Position numbers and translations under genes: made by a program. A stretch of 64,000 nucleotides of DNA. It comes from Bdellovibrio sp. (GTDB lineage: Bacteria > Bdellovibrionota > Bdellovibrionia > Bdellovibrionales > Bdellovibrionaceae). Below the pieces are notes generated by a model. The model searched no databases, was not told the origin of the DNA, and worked only from the letters and a program-made list of their open reading frames with translations. The stretch spans positions 25,196-89,195 of the forward strand of contig JANPPC010000018.1 in the NCBI GenBank assembly GCA_031428275.1, written 5' to 3'. Within the stretch, counting starts at the first letter, position 1, and every line of letters starts with the position of its first letter. Positions 48,488 through 58,715 of this stretch are shown piece by piece.

Positions 48488-49153
48488 TTGAACCTTCCTC
48501 AAATCAGAAAACTTTCTGAAACTGACTTAGACCAAATAGTCAAAATTAATCTGCAACATTCAAAAGTGATGGGTCTGCTAAAAAATAGTAATTACGACCA
48601 AAACTTTTTTGATAATATTCTTTTATTTTTTAATAGTTCTCAACGGTATATTCTTGGTGCTTTTGAAGAAGAAAAATTAGTTTCGTTTATTTGTGTTATT
48701 CATTGGAACACTCTACCGTACTGGACATTTGTGAATGCCAAAGCCATTCCATTCTTGAGAGGAAATACTTTTCAACCAAGCATGAACGGAATTGCACCAC
48801 TGATATCAAAAGTTTTAACTGATGAACTTCAAAATAATAGATTTATTTATTGGTTTTTAACTTCTCAAAAACGCATTAAAGGCCACCGAAATTATTGGAG
48901 TCGATTTGTTCCTGAACTCGAAAAATTTTATTTCATATCTAGAGTCATTAAAAAAGATTATCGCCCACGATCTGACTTTGTCTGGGACCTAATGGGGAAG
49001 CAAGTCTGGAGCAAGGACTTGGTCATTCGGATCGGTGTTGAAAAATCTCATTTCGAATTATTGGCTCCATATGAAGAACTATTTGCCATTATTAACAAAC
49101 CAAATGCGAACTTAAGCGAACTGAATGATACAGAAGCCATTTTAGAGTGCTGA
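48488..49153 (+). CDS. GNAT-like hypothetical protein
   Basis: IRKLSETDLDQIVKI...ILGAFEEEKLVSFI resembles a GNAT N-terminus. Confidence 0.5.
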   Translation: MNLPQIRKLSETDLDQIVKINLQHSKVMGLLKNSNYDQNFFDNILLFFNSSQRYILGAFEEEKLVSFICVIHWNTLPYWTFVNAKAIPFLRGNTFQPSMNGIAPLISKVLTDELQNNRFIYWFLTSQKRIKGHRNYWSRFVPELEKFYFISRVIKKDYRPRSDFVWDLMGKQVWSKDLVIRIGVEKSHFELLAPYEELFAIINKPNANLSELNDTEAILEC

Positions 49154-49190
49154 AAAAAAATGACAATTTACGCATTAGCCAGAAAATATT

Positions 49191-49425
49191 TCATAAAGAT
49201 CTACTAAGCTTGAATCTAAGCATCCTAATAAAATCTTCGTGAAGACCCCGCGCGTTTAAAGTTGCCATCAGTAAAGTAAGTCGATGAGAGGGAGTAACGA
49301 TCTTCACTTTTAGAAATATCAAACCCGTTTGATCTGCTAAATCCGAAAACTTGATGTGTTTTTGAATATTGATCAAAAAGAAATTTACCGAAGCCGCAGG
49401 AATGACCCGTCAATGAAATTTGCAT
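49191..49425 (-). pseudogene. Short-chain dehydrogenase (SDR) remnant
   Basis: TGHSCGFG Rossmann motif and GFSRSNGFDI, then homology is lost within about 45 aa. Confidence 0.7.
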
Positions 49426-49555
49426 GATTAAATGATAGTATGCTTAATTAAAAATAAAAAGTTCTATTTTTTGAAATTTCAATGATGAGAAAATCGCATA
49501 CAGAATTGTCGATTGCGTCTTGTCGTAACCGTTCTGGCGTTTCTATAATACCATT

Positions 49556-50077
49556 ATGAAAACTCATTTTTACATCAGAATGTTGCTGCTTTTACCGATC
49601 TTTGTGAATGTATTAGCGTGCCAAACTAAGCCGCCTGCTCAAGAAGAAATTGCTTTACCTTTTGTACTGAAGTCCCAATTTGAAAACCTACTTCAAAATC
49701 AAAATATCCGGTGGAGATCATACTCGACCGATAACCAGGTTGAGGCCGATAAGCTTTTTGTTTCTTTATTGAAAACTATCAATAATTCGACTACGCCAAC
49801 GGTAGATCCATACTCGGGTCGACAGCAAGTGCCATCTTTTTGCCAAGGCTCCAATTTACCCAGTATAATAGAGGCCAAATCCGAAACAGAGCGATCCGCC
49901 ACATTTAGTTTGTATGCTATGCCTAACTTTTTTTTAGGTTGTCTTGGCACAGAACGCCTCAAAGCGCAGGCACTAATTCTTTACTGCAAAAAAAGCGGAA
50001 TTGTTTTTTCAATTCTGACTTTGCTTCCGGGTAAGAATACGACCTGGCCGAATGAGGCCGTGGGGCATTGCAAATAG
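49556..50077 (+). CDS. Lipoprotein, hypothetical
   Basis: Lipobox VLAC; three further Cys in the mature part plus a C-terminal Cys. Confidence 0.65.
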   Translation: MKTHFYIRMLLLLPIFVNVLACQTKPPAQEEIALPFVLKSQFENLLQNQNIRWRSYSTDNQVEADKLFVSLLKTINNSTTPTVDPYSGRQQVPSFCQGSNLPSIIEAKSETERSATFSLYAMPNFFLGCLGTERLKAQALILYCKKSGIVFSILTLLPGKNTTWPNEAVGHCK

Positions 50078-50108
50078 CGTAATCTGCCGCTAGGCTGTTG
50101 TGTAAAAC

Positions 50109-51005
50109 ATGGGGTTATGTAAGATGAACAGCTGTTTAAAGAAGTTTGTTATTCTCGCTTTTATAAGTTTTTTCTCGGTAAACACCGTAGCCGATCAGAC
50201 AATGAACGAATTAAAACTGTCGCAGTTCGGGGATTTCGTAACCAATTGGAAGCTTGTTACAGTTCGTTATCGAAAAGATTCTGAAGAAATGCGATTTACA
50301 TACTCGAACGATTTAGCTTGGAATGCCTTATCAAAAAATTTATCGGTTTATCCTGACGGAGCTATTTTTGCGAAGGTCAGCTTTGTTTCAGTCGAAGACC
50401 CCTTATTTCCTAGCTCTGCAGTACCTGCCGGTGCTCGGCGTATTCAGTTTATGGTTCGCGACGAAGAAAAATATAAATCTACCAACGGTTGGGGTTATGC
50501 GTTGTTTGATTCCGAAGGCAATACCTACCCTGGCGATATGAAAGCCGCGACCATGGGCTGCGCAGTCTGCCACGACGTTGCAAAAGAGCGTGGTTATGTT
50601 TTTTCACAAATTATGGGACAGCCACTATCTAAAGATGTGTTCGCAAGCTCTTGGCGAACCCAAAATAAGTTTGTCGACTTTAAAGTTAAAAGTTTGCCCT
50701 TATCTATACAACAGTCGCTTCCGCGCGCAGATAAGAAAGTTCGTAAACTTGAGGGGCCGCTAGCCGACTATATTTTCTTTGGAACGCTTGATGAAATTAA
50801 GCCTCTTCTTGCGAAAGAGGCTATCGAATCAAAAATGACAACACTACTTTTAAGCAAAGATAATAAATCCTATTCGCTAGTTACATTTGATACCACTTCG
50901 AGATGCGAAAAAGACGAGGTGGCTTTAATTGGAAAACACTCAATTAACTCTGCCAAAGTAAGTTACTTAGAGACACGTTTTTGTGCGAAAGCAAAGAATC
51001 CGTGA
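50109..51005 (+). CDS. Cytochrome P460-like c-type cytochrome with extra C-terminal domain
   Basis: YPDGAIFAK, QFMVRD, GWGYALF and CAVCH...GYVFS. Confidence 0.75.
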   Translation: MGLCKMNSCLKKFVILAFISFFSVNTVADQTMNELKLSQFGDFVTNWKLVTVRYRKDSEEMRFTYSNDLAWNALSKNLSVYPDGAIFAKVSFVSVEDPLFPSSAVPAGARRIQFMVRDEEKYKSTNGWGYALFDSEGNTYPGDMKAATMGCAVCHDVAKERGYVFSQIMGQPLSKDVFASSWRTQNKFVDFKVKSLPLSIQQSLPRADKKVRKLEGPLADYIFFGTLDEIKPLLAKEAIESKMTTLLLSKDNKSYSLVTFDTTSRCEKDEVALIGKHSINSAKVSYLETRFCAKAKNP

Positions 51006-52102
51006 AATGGTTTTTACTTTTCTTTAGCATTTCGTCATTGATTGGTATTTTATCAAGTTGTTCTAGTTTTAGATCGGGCCCATTTGCGGCTTCAAAAGGC
51101 GAAGATTTTTTTTCGTATAATTGCAAAATAGTTAATAAATCAGGAAAACTGATTCGACTCTTCAAGGGCGACGTGTGTGACTATTTTAATGACGGCCATG
51201 TAATCGTAGCAAGTCAGAAGAATCTTTCTTTGGTATCTCCTTCCGGGGGAGTTCTTTGGACCAAAAACATAAACTGTCACCATATGGTTCGTGGTACAGA
51301 TATCGATCAATTTATTGTTCTAAATTCGTCTTTTAATACATGGGACAGAACATTTTTGCGCTTCGACAGAGTCAGTATTTTTAACTTGAAAGGCGACGAA
51401 ATAAATTATTTCGATTTTTTTGAGAGCCGGGATCAGCTCTTACCTCTGATCAAAAATTCACTTAAATACTTAGATCGCGCAACTTATAAAACTTTGCAGC
51501 AGCCCGGAGATTTTTTGAATGTCGAGCGATCTGAAAAATTTCGACCTGTTTTTTATGAGTTTTCCCACGCAAACTCAGTGTATAAAATTTCTGCTAATCG
51601 TCTTTCAAAAAAAAATCCGGCATTCGCTGAAGGAAATTATATTGTTAATGCCGCCGGAATTAATTTGGTTTTTATCCTTGATAAGAATTTAAAAAAAGTC
51701 TTGTGGTCTTTAGAATCGGTCAGCGATTTTATTCACGACGTGCAGGTAACTCCAGAAGGAGAATTACTTTACTTTAATAACACGTTTGATTCTAGCTACT
51801 CTTCAATCGAACTACTAGATCCGATATCACTTAGACGAACGATTCTATTCAACGGAAATGCCGAAAATAAATTTAGGGCAGAATCTCAAGGAAGTGTACA
51901 GCGCTTGCCAAACGGCAATTATTTAGTTTCAAAATTTGATCCCCGCGAATCGCAAGTCCTAGTTATTGGAGAAAAAGGGCAAATAATAGCCACGCGATAC
52001 CCAAAAAGTATGGGCTCGACCGGTTACAATCTTGACGGGCTCCAAGAGGTTAAAAAGCTAGATTTAGAACTTTTCTTAAAAAATAACAAACCTCTTTTTT
52101 AA
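51002..52102 (+). CDS. Arylsulfotransferase (ASST)-like beta-propeller lipoprotein
   Basis: GTGA-coupled start, lipobox LSSC, CHH, SHANSV, IHDVQ and GSVQRLPNGNYL. Confidence 0.65.
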   Translation: MKWFLLFFSISSLIGILSSCSSFRSGPFAASKGEDFFSYNCKIVNKSGKLIRLFKGDVCDYFNDGHVIVASQKNLSLVSPSGGVLWTKNINCHHMVRGTDIDQFIVLNSSFNTWDRTFLRFDRVSIFNLKGDEINYFDFFESRDQLLPLIKNSLKYLDRATYKTLQQPGDFLNVERSEKFRPVFYEFSHANSVYKISANRLSKKNPAFAEGNYIVNAAGINLVFILDKNLKKVLWSLESVSDFIHDVQVTPEGELLYFNNTFDSSYSSIELLDPISLRRTILFNGNAENKFRAESQGSVQRLPNGNYLVSKFDPRESQVLVIGEKGQIIATRYPKSMGSTGYNLDGLQEVKKLDLELFLKNNKPLF

Positions 52103-52126
52103 TCACTAAAGGTTACAGAAATAATT

Positions 52127-52921
52127 ATGAAAAATTTGAAGTACGAAGCAACCAAATTGATCGGTGTAAATGGGAAAGCATTCGTGAATATGGATCCGTT
52201 TTTAAAGACGGCAGATTTTGTAGCTCTCGAATCGGAAGCGAACGTCGGATTTGCAAAAAGTAGAAACTTCACGCATGCGTACATTTTGGGTGAGACCTGT
52301 CCGTGGGAAAAAGATCGCTTTCCTCAACCCCTCGAAGCTGAAATTTTCGCGGATATCGATCATTACGATCCGTCTGGAAAACATCGGACTCTTATGCAGG
52401 GTATGAAAGCCCAAGAAAAACGAAGGTATGTGTACTTTGCTCTCAAGGCGCACAGCCCATGGTATGCAACTTTGTATCTAAGGCACGAGCATTTTCGGGC
52501 TAAAACAGAGTCCAACTTAAATAACGATTGGGCACCAGACGCCGCTCATTTTCCGCTTCTAGTTAATTATATTGAAAGTCTGCAAGAATCGCTTTTTGAA
52601 AGTATCGGACGCGTTTTATTTTTTATTAGTTACCCCGGGGTTGCAACAATTTGTCATCGTGATTTTTTTGTGGAAGATCACCGCGATCACAGTATTAACA
52701 TATACTTAAAAGAATCAAGAAAGGCATATGTTTGGGACGGGCTCAAGAATAATAAAATCTATCTCGATCCCGGAATCAGAAGCTATTTTTTTAATAATCG
52801 AGATTTTCATGGCGTCGATGCAGAATCTTATTTTAATTATACTTTAAGAATTGATGGCCAATTTAAACAGACGGTTCTCGATCAAATAGGCATACCCTCT
52901 GGTATTTTAAATATCAGTTAG
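52127..52921 (+). CDS. Fe(II)/2OG-like cupin oxygenase 8
   Basis: IGRVLFF, CHRD and FNNRDFHGVD. Confidence 0.6.
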   Translation: MKNLKYEATKLIGVNGKAFVNMDPFLKTADFVALESEANVGFAKSRNFTHAYILGETCPWEKDRFPQPLEAEIFADIDHYDPSGKHRTLMQGMKAQEKRRYVYFALKAHSPWYATLYLRHEHFRAKTESNLNNDWAPDAAHFPLLVNYIESLQESLFESIGRVLFFISYPGVATICHRDFFVEDHRDHSINIYLKESRKAYVWDGLKNNKIYLDPGIRSYFFNNRDFHGVDAESYFNYTLRIDGQFKQTVLDQIGIPSGILNIS

Positions 52922-53444
52922 CTGAGGTCGAAAACACTAGATGAGTTCGCTCAAAGGTTCTATTAGCATTTATCGGCGTGTGAAAATGATTCGTACGCAA
53001 AGTGTACAAGGTTCCTTCTTTCAACATCCTATACACGATGTCATCCACGACGAAGAAACAGGCTCGATTTGTATAGATAGGAATGTGAAAACGAATTTCT
53101 TCGGTATCTTTATGATAAGAAAGGCAAGTTTTTGGCCTTAGGGTCATAAACCGAATACGCCCGATCGATAAATTGAACTGCTCTAAAGCGATCTGTTTGA
53201 CGTTTGAAATAACGTCAAACATGGGGTTATTAGCCCCTTCAACTAGTTCTGAAAAATCAGCTTCCGTGAAAAGCAACTTATGTGGGTTTTTTGGATCAAT
53301 AGCTGAACCACAGCCATCTGTGTACAAAGGTTGGTTTGGTCTTGTAGTTAAAGAAACCTGTGACCCGCTGCCAAGTTGTTTAATCGACTCAAAGTAAGTG
53401 CGAATTTTATTTACATCAAATTGAAAATTAAGCTCTTGAATCAT
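52914..53444 (-). CDS. Fe(II)/2OG AspH-like oxygenase 9
   Basis: GRIRFM, SYHKD, RFHIPI and FHTPIN...ERTH. Confidence 0.8.
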   Translation of the reverse strand: MIQELNFQFDVNKIRTYFESIKQLGSGSQVSLTTRPNQPLYTDGCGSAIDPKNPHKLLFTEADFSELVEGANNPMFDVISNVKQIALEQFNLSIGRIRFMTLRPKTCLSYHKDTEEIRFHIPIYTNRACFFVVDDIVYRMLKEGTLYTLRTNHFHTPINANRTFERTHLVFSTSAN

Positions 53445-53748
53445 TTTTCGGCTCCATCAACTTAACTGCAATCTCGATGTACTCATGTGCTTTTGGCACA
53501 ACTTGGCTTATTGTTTAATCGCACGTTTTCTTTGTCAAATATTATAAATTCCTTGTTTCAGACCGAGAATTTAAGCCAAAGTGCACCGACCAAATAATCT
53601 CTAATACCAACAATAATTCTGGCTCGTTGTATTACGACCTAGACCAAAAAATTATTATTACAATTCGATAAATTCTCTTTGCCGTATCAGACGAAACCGT
53701 TAAGCTTATAAATAGCAATATGTCTTAGATTACACGGAAGGAGTCTTC

Positions 53749-56253
53749 ATGAGCGAACCGAAAACCCAGCAACTGCCACTACTCCCACTTAGAGACCTCA
53801 TTATATTTCCACATATGATGATGCCGCTATTTGTTGGACGCGAAAAAAGTATTAATGCTCTCGAAGATGCAATGAGCAAGCAGTCAGACATCGTTCTAGC
53901 CGCACAAAAAGATGCGAAAACGAATAACCCTGACGAAAAAGATATCTACGCGGTAGGCACCGTAGGAACAATAATCCAATTGTTACGCCTACCCGACGGA
54001 ACTGTAAAAGTTTTAGTTGAAGGTAAACGCCGGGTACGTATTAAAAACTTTGTATCGAATGAAGGTCACTTCATCGTTAATTGCGAATCAATTGACGAAG
54101 ACGTTTCTAACTTAACTGAGGCTTCGGCTTTAGTAAGGTCTGTAAAAGGAACTTTCGAGACTTATGTTAAATTAAACAAACGTATTCCACCTGAAATTTT
54201 AATGCGCGTATCAAGCATTGAAGCTCCGGGTGAACTTGCCGACATTATCGTTGCGCAATTGAATTTAAAACTCGAAGACAAACAAGCGGTTCTAGAAATC
54301 TTAGATCCAACAAAGCGCCTCGAGCATTTGTTAAACTTAATGACCGGCGAGATCGAAATTCTAGAAGTAGAAAAGAAGATACGTACCCGTGTTAAGAAAC
54401 AAATGGAAAAATCGCAAAAAGAATACTACCTGAATGAGCAAATGCAGGCGATTCAAAAAGAATTAGGCGAAAAGGATGACTACCAAGCTGAGCTTGAAGA
54501 TCTATCGGTTAAGACTCGCGATAAAAAAATGCCTCAAGAGGCTAAAGATAAGTTAAACAAAGAAATTAAGAAATTAAAATTAATGTCTCCGATGAGTGCC
54601 GAAGCCACAGTCGTAAGAAACTACATCGACTGGGTGTTATCTTTACCTTGGCAAGAATACTCAGAGGATCGTCATGATGTTAAGAATGCTAAAAAAATCT
54701 TAGATCACGATCACTGGGGCTTAGAAAAAGTTAAAGATCGTATTTTAGAATACCTAGCGGTTTTATCTTTATCGAAAAACATGAAGGGCTCAATCATCTG
54801 TCTTGCTGGCCCTCCGGGCGTAGGTAAAACATCTTTGGCTAGATCAATCGCAGAATCTTTAGGGCGTCCGTTTTCGCGCATCTCTTTAGGTGGCGTTCGT
54901 GATGAAGCTGAAATTCGCGGTCATAGAAAAACATATGTTGGTGCGATGCCAGGCAAAATCTTACAAGCTTTACGCAAAGTTGATAAAGGAAACCCGGTTC
55001 TATTGCTAGATGAAATCGATAAAATGGCGAATGATTTTCGCGGAGATCCAGCGTCAGCAATGCTTGAGGTATTAGATCCAGAGCAGAATTCAACGTTCTC
55101 GGATCATTACTTAGAGTTAGAATATGATTTGTCTAAAGTAATGTTCGTAGCTACCGCGAATAACTTAAGCGCTGTGCCACGCCCTTTACTTGATCGTATG
55201 GAAATCATTTATTTAGATGGCTATATCGAGCAAGAAAAGTTTCACATTGCTAAGAATTACTTAGTGAACAAACAAATCGAAGCTCACGGATTGAAAGATT
55301 TCAAAATCAGTATCCAAGATAAAGCGATTCGTGATGTGATTCGTTACTACACGCGCGAGGCCGGCGTACGTAACTTAGAAAGACAATTTGCGAATGTATT
55401 TCGTAAAGTAGCTAAAGATATCGTTATGTCGCAATCTCTTGAAGAGTTTCGTAAAGAGCAAACGACAGAGAAGACAAGTAAAGCTGCCAAGGGTGCTAAA
55501 GCGGTTAAAGGAAAAAAATCGAAAAAATCTTCTGACGGTTACGTTGTAACTCCAGAAAAATTAGTCGAATTGATTGGTGCCCATAAGTATAAATACGGCG
55601 AAATCGAAAAACAAAATGAAATCGGTTTAACAAACGGTATGGCATGGACTGAGGTGGGCGGAGATCTATTAGCGGTTGAAGTTAGCGCAGTACCGGGCAA
55701 AGGTAAGTTCACTGTAACGGGCCAACTGGGTGACGTTATGAAAGAATCTTGCGTAGCCGCAATGTCTTACTGCCGATCTCGCGGACCTTTATTCGGATTA
55801 GAAAAAGAATATTACGAGAACATCGATATTCACATCCATTTCCCGGATGGAGCAACTCCGAAAGATGGTCCTTCTGCCGGTATTGCTTTAACGACTTCAA
55901 TCGTATCAGCGATGATGAGAATTCCGGTAAAGCGAACGGTTGCGATGACAGGTGAAATTTCGTTACGCGGGAAGGTTTTACCAATCGGCGGTTTGAAAGA
56001 GAAAGTTCTAGCTGCTCATCGCGGTGGAATCAAAACGATCATTTGTCCGAAAGAAAATGAAAAAGATTTGAAAGACATTCCTAAAGAAGTTTTGAAAGAA
56101 CTAAAAGTTATCTTGGTTGATCACGTTGATCAGGTTCTGATTAACGCTTTAGATATCAAGAACCCTAAAGGTTTATTTAAAGCCCATAACGAACGCGCTT
56201 TCGGAATCAAAGCTCATTACACAGGCCAACAGAATCACAATACGACTCATTAG
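53749..56253 (+). CDS. lon: Lon protease
   Basis: LPLRD N-domain, [22 protein letters not shown] and GGLKEK. Confidence 0.98.
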   Translation: MSEPKTQQLPLLPLRDLIIFPHMMMPLFVGREKSINALEDAMSKQSDIVLAAQKDAKTNNPDEKDIYAVGTVGTIIQLLRLPDGTVKVLVEGKRRVRIKNFVSNEGHFIVNCESIDEDVSNLTEASALVRSVKGTFETYVKLNKRIPPEILMRVSSIEAPGELADIIVAQLNLKLEDKQAVLEILDPTKRLEHLLNLMTGEIEILEVEKKIRTRVKKQMEKSQKEYYLNEQMQAIQKELGEKDDYQAELEDLSVKTRDKKMPQEAKDKLNKEIKKLKLMSPMSAEATVVRNYIDWVLSLPWQEYSEDRHDVKNAKKILDHDHWGLEKVKDRILEYLAVLSLSKNMKGSIICLAGPPGVGKTSLARSIAESLGRPFSRISLGGVRDEAEIRGHRKTYVGAMPGKILQALRKVDKGNPVLLLDEIDKMANDFRGDPASAMLEVLDPEQNSTFSDHYLELEYDLSKVMFVATANNLSAVPRPLLDRMEIIYLDGYIEQEKFHIAKNYLVNKQIEAHGLKDFKISIQDKAIRDVIRYYTREAGVRNLERQFANVFRKVAKDIVMSQSLEEFRKEQTTEKTSKAAKGAKAVKGKKSKKSSDGYVVTPEKLVELIGAHKYKYGEIEKQNEIGLTNGMAWTEVGGDLLAVEVSAVPGKGKFTVTGQLGDVMKESCVAAMSYCRSRGPLFGLEKEYYENIDIHIHFPDGATPKDGPSAGIALTTSIVSAMMRIPVKRTVAMTGEISLRGKVLPIGGLKEKVLAAHRGGIKTIICPKENEKDLKDIPKEVLKELKVILVDHVDQVLINALDIKNPKGLFKAHNERAFGIKAHYTGQQNHNTTH

Positions 56254-56282
56254 TCGTTTGCAAAGAGTCGACTAGTTATTAC

Positions 56283-56323
56283 AAAAGGGATTTGATGTTT
56301 AAAAGCATCAAATCCTTTTTTTT
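56283..56323 (+). terminator. Intrinsic terminator after lon
   Basis: ggatttgatg...catcaaatcc stem followed by a T9 run. Confidence 0.85.
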
Positions 56324-56490
56324 GCCCAGCAATGCCCAGGAATCCCTCTCCAGTGGCGTTATTTGAAGCAATTCTACAAAAATCCCCGTCAAATTATTTA
56401 ATATTTAACTACAATTCGTGACTAAAAATAAAGTCTATTGACCATCCATTTCAGATTCTGTAAGAAATCAGCTTCTCAGAGGATGATTTT

Positions 56491-57612
56491 ATGACAATCC
56501 AGGCAGAACGCCTTTACGAAATTGGAAAGCTTTACTGCGACCGCGGCGACTACGGTTTAGCATTACCAAATCTAGTAGAAGCAGCTCAAAGCTTCTTACT
56601 TGAAAAAAAGCACGACCAGTATTTAAAAAGTTTGCAGCACATTATACGCGTGCACGCTGAGCGTGACGAACAAGATCAAATCACAGCGATAAAAGAAAGC
56701 CTTCATGATTTAGTTATCCGTGATGGTATCGAATTAACTTCAAAAACTTATTATACACTGGGTGTTTGTGCGACCTTCAAAGGTCAAACCGAAAGCGCCA
56801 TAGATTTTTTCGGCCGAGCATTAGAGCTTGGCCTTAAGGCGAACAACCAAGAAGACATGTGCTACGCTATCTTAGGATTATCTATCAGTCGCCGTCACCA
56901 AAAGCGCTACGATGAAGCCTTAAAAGAAATTTACAATTTAAATATTTTCTTACAATTACTAGATATCCCCGAACTAAAAATCGCATCTTCAAATGCCAAC
57001 GCAATGATCTTAATGGATTTGAAAAAGTATGATCAAGCTTTAGAAATTTTATGGCAAGCCTACGAAGAGCTTAAAGTAACAAAGCAACTGTCGGTTGCAA
57101 TTGGGGTACTGTCAAACATCGGTATTGTTTTATTTGAACAAGGCCAAAAAGATCTAGCGAAGGTTTACTTAAATCTGGCTAAAAAGTCGATTGAACCAGA
57201 AAATAATAAGGTCGCTCTTCGAAAAATCGAAGGCTATCTAAAGATTCTGACCAGCGATACCGGTGACGGAGCCGATCTTATTTTCGATTTAGAAAAGCAT
57301 TCAGTTATCGAGCGCAATATCGGTACAATTGATTTTAAGAATCAGTTCATTCTTTTAGACTTGCTTCGCCTGTTTATTGGCAATCAGGGGCAAATTTTTT
57401 CGAAAGAATATCTAGTTGAGCATGTCTGGAAGCAAAATTACGATCCAACTATTCACGACAACAAAATTTACGTAACGATTAAACGTTTACGCAAATTGAT
57501 TGAGCCTGATTATGATAAACCGAAATATATCTTCCGGGCTAAAAACGGATACTATTTAAACAAAGTTGCAAAAGTCGAATTTAAAGAAGTACGGGCTGAG
57601 GGGGCTTTATGA
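56491..57612 (+). CDS. TPR plus C-terminal OmpR-type winged-helix regulator
   Basis: Helical TPR repeats; SKEYLVEHVW...KIYVTIKRLRKLIE...GYY. Confidence 0.8.
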   Translation: MTIQAERLYEIGKLYCDRGDYGLALPNLVEAAQSFLLEKKHDQYLKSLQHIIRVHAERDEQDQITAIKESLHDLVIRDGIELTSKTYYTLGVCATFKGQTESAIDFFGRALELGLKANNQEDMCYAILGLSISRRHQKRYDEALKEIYNLNIFLQLLDIPELKIASSNANAMILMDLKKYDQALEILWQAYEELKVTKQLSVAIGVLSNIGIVLFEQGQKDLAKVYLNLAKKSIEPENNKVALRKIEGYLKILTSDTGDGADLIFDLEKHSVIERNIGTIDFKNQFILLDLLRLFIGNQGQIFSKEYLVEHVWKQNYDPTIHDNKIYVTIKRLRKLIEPDYDKPKYIFRAKNGYYLNKVAKVEFKEVRAEGAL

Positions 57613-58184
57613 TTTCTAAAATGATCGCGGTTGTAGTTCTGGCACTTGGGTTAACCGCACAAGCCAACATTAAAGACCTTGAATTATCTTGCGGATACAA
57701 CCTTCAGGGCGGTGTCGATGTTTTCCCATGGTCAGTTGCTAACCCATTTCCGTGGAGTGATATTCAAGGTGTTTGGAGACTTAGCAGCGATTCAGCGGTT
57801 TACTTAAGAGCCCGCGTAATCAATTCGACTAAAAACCGAAAGATCTTAAACGTATCACTTATTAACGAAGGCGAATGCAGTAAACCCGTCGCCGAAGGTA
57901 CGGGCTATATTGATTCATTAGAAAAAAACGTAGTTCGTGCAGTACTTACAGACGGCATTTACCGTTACCAAATTAAGCTTGGTATGTTCGACGCCGTCGA
58001 CCTTAAAGTCGACGCGAACTTATGTGGCCCAAGTATTTTAGCCGCAACAGTGAAGATCATCGGTAAAACTCCAAAGACCGACAGTTTTCACCACCGCGTG
58101 CGCGAATCTCAGACTCACAATATTATGCTTAAAAAGGTTTCAGATGACCTAAACGCCGTCTGCAAAAAAAAGTCAGACCTCTAA
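57609..58184 (+). CDS. Secreted hypothetical protein
   Basis: Signal peptide ending AQA; PWSDIQGVW. Confidence 0.7.
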   Translation: MISKMIAVVVLALGLTAQANIKDLELSCGYNLQGGVDVFPWSVANPFPWSDIQGVWRLSSDSAVYLRARVINSTKNRKILNVSLINEGECSKPVAEGTGYIDSLEKNVVRAVLTDGIYRYQIKLGMFDAVDLKVDANLCGPSILAATVKIIGKTPKTDSFHHRVRESQTHNIMLKKVSDDLNAVCKKKSDL

Positions 58185-58410
58185 CACAAAAATTATCGGA
58201 AGCGTGCTCTGCCGGCGCAGCAGGTACCTTCCAAGGCCACTTTTGACCTTGCTTTGTTCCTAACAAGAAGTCAGATGCTAAATTGTAATGCTTAAAAAAA
58301 ATTACAAATGGTTTGCATTCGTTTTGTAGAAAAATAAGCGTCTTTAAAAAATTCTTGTTTTCGGGTGTGGTCGAGGATATACGTAGGTTCACTTTTAATT
58401 TTTACCAAAT

Positions 58411-58486
58411 AGGGAGTTAGCTCAGTTGGTAGAGCGCCACCCTTACAAGGTGGATGTCGCAGGTTCGAATCCTGTACTCCCTACCA
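58411..58486 (+). tRNA. trnV: tRNA-Val(TAC), copy 1
   Basis: Full cloverleaf, anticodon arm CCACC-CTTACAA-GGTGG, TTCGAAT T-loop and encoded CCA. Confidence 0.97.
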
Positions 58487-58514
58487 TTTTTCAGCCGGTC
58501 GGCTGGGTACTTTT

Positions 58515-58543
58515 AAAACCACCGCAATTACGGTGGTTTTTTT
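58515..58543 (+). terminator. Terminator after tRNA-Val copy 1
   Basis: aaaaccaccg-caatta-cggtggtttt plus T run. Confidence 0.8.
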
Positions 58544-58715
58544 ATTTCCCTACATTTATTGAGGTTTTACCCTGACTATTACGGCCTTGTTCTACGCCAA
58601 TAGGTTTTTCATTTTTGGTTCGAAACGGGGTGCAATCGCCCCGTACAAAACGAACATCGTCGAGCGAATGGCGTCGGATTGTAGAAGCTGTTCCGCTTGC
58701 AAGACGAAGTTTTTT

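Larger units (their letters stand above)
27471..53444. other. Accessory tailoring-enzyme island (~26 kb) between dacB and lon
   Basis: About 30 genes dominated by paralogous oxygenases, PP-loop proteins, GNATs and desaturases, with mixed orientation and pseudogenes; looks AT-richer than the flanks (not computed). Confidence 0.8.

Noticed and set aside
27471-53444. DNA/tRNA hypermodification locus (QueC-like, TET/JBP-like, Mom-like)
   Set aside because: No FolE/QueD/DpdA, nucleotide kinase or glycosyltransferase was seen, the QueC zinc-binding Cys motif is absent, and membrane desaturases point to acyl substrates. Disfavoured but not excluded.
27335-53748. Prophage or integrative element as the island vehicle
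   Set aside because: No integrase, structural, replication or conjugation genes, and no boundary direct repeats found by eye.
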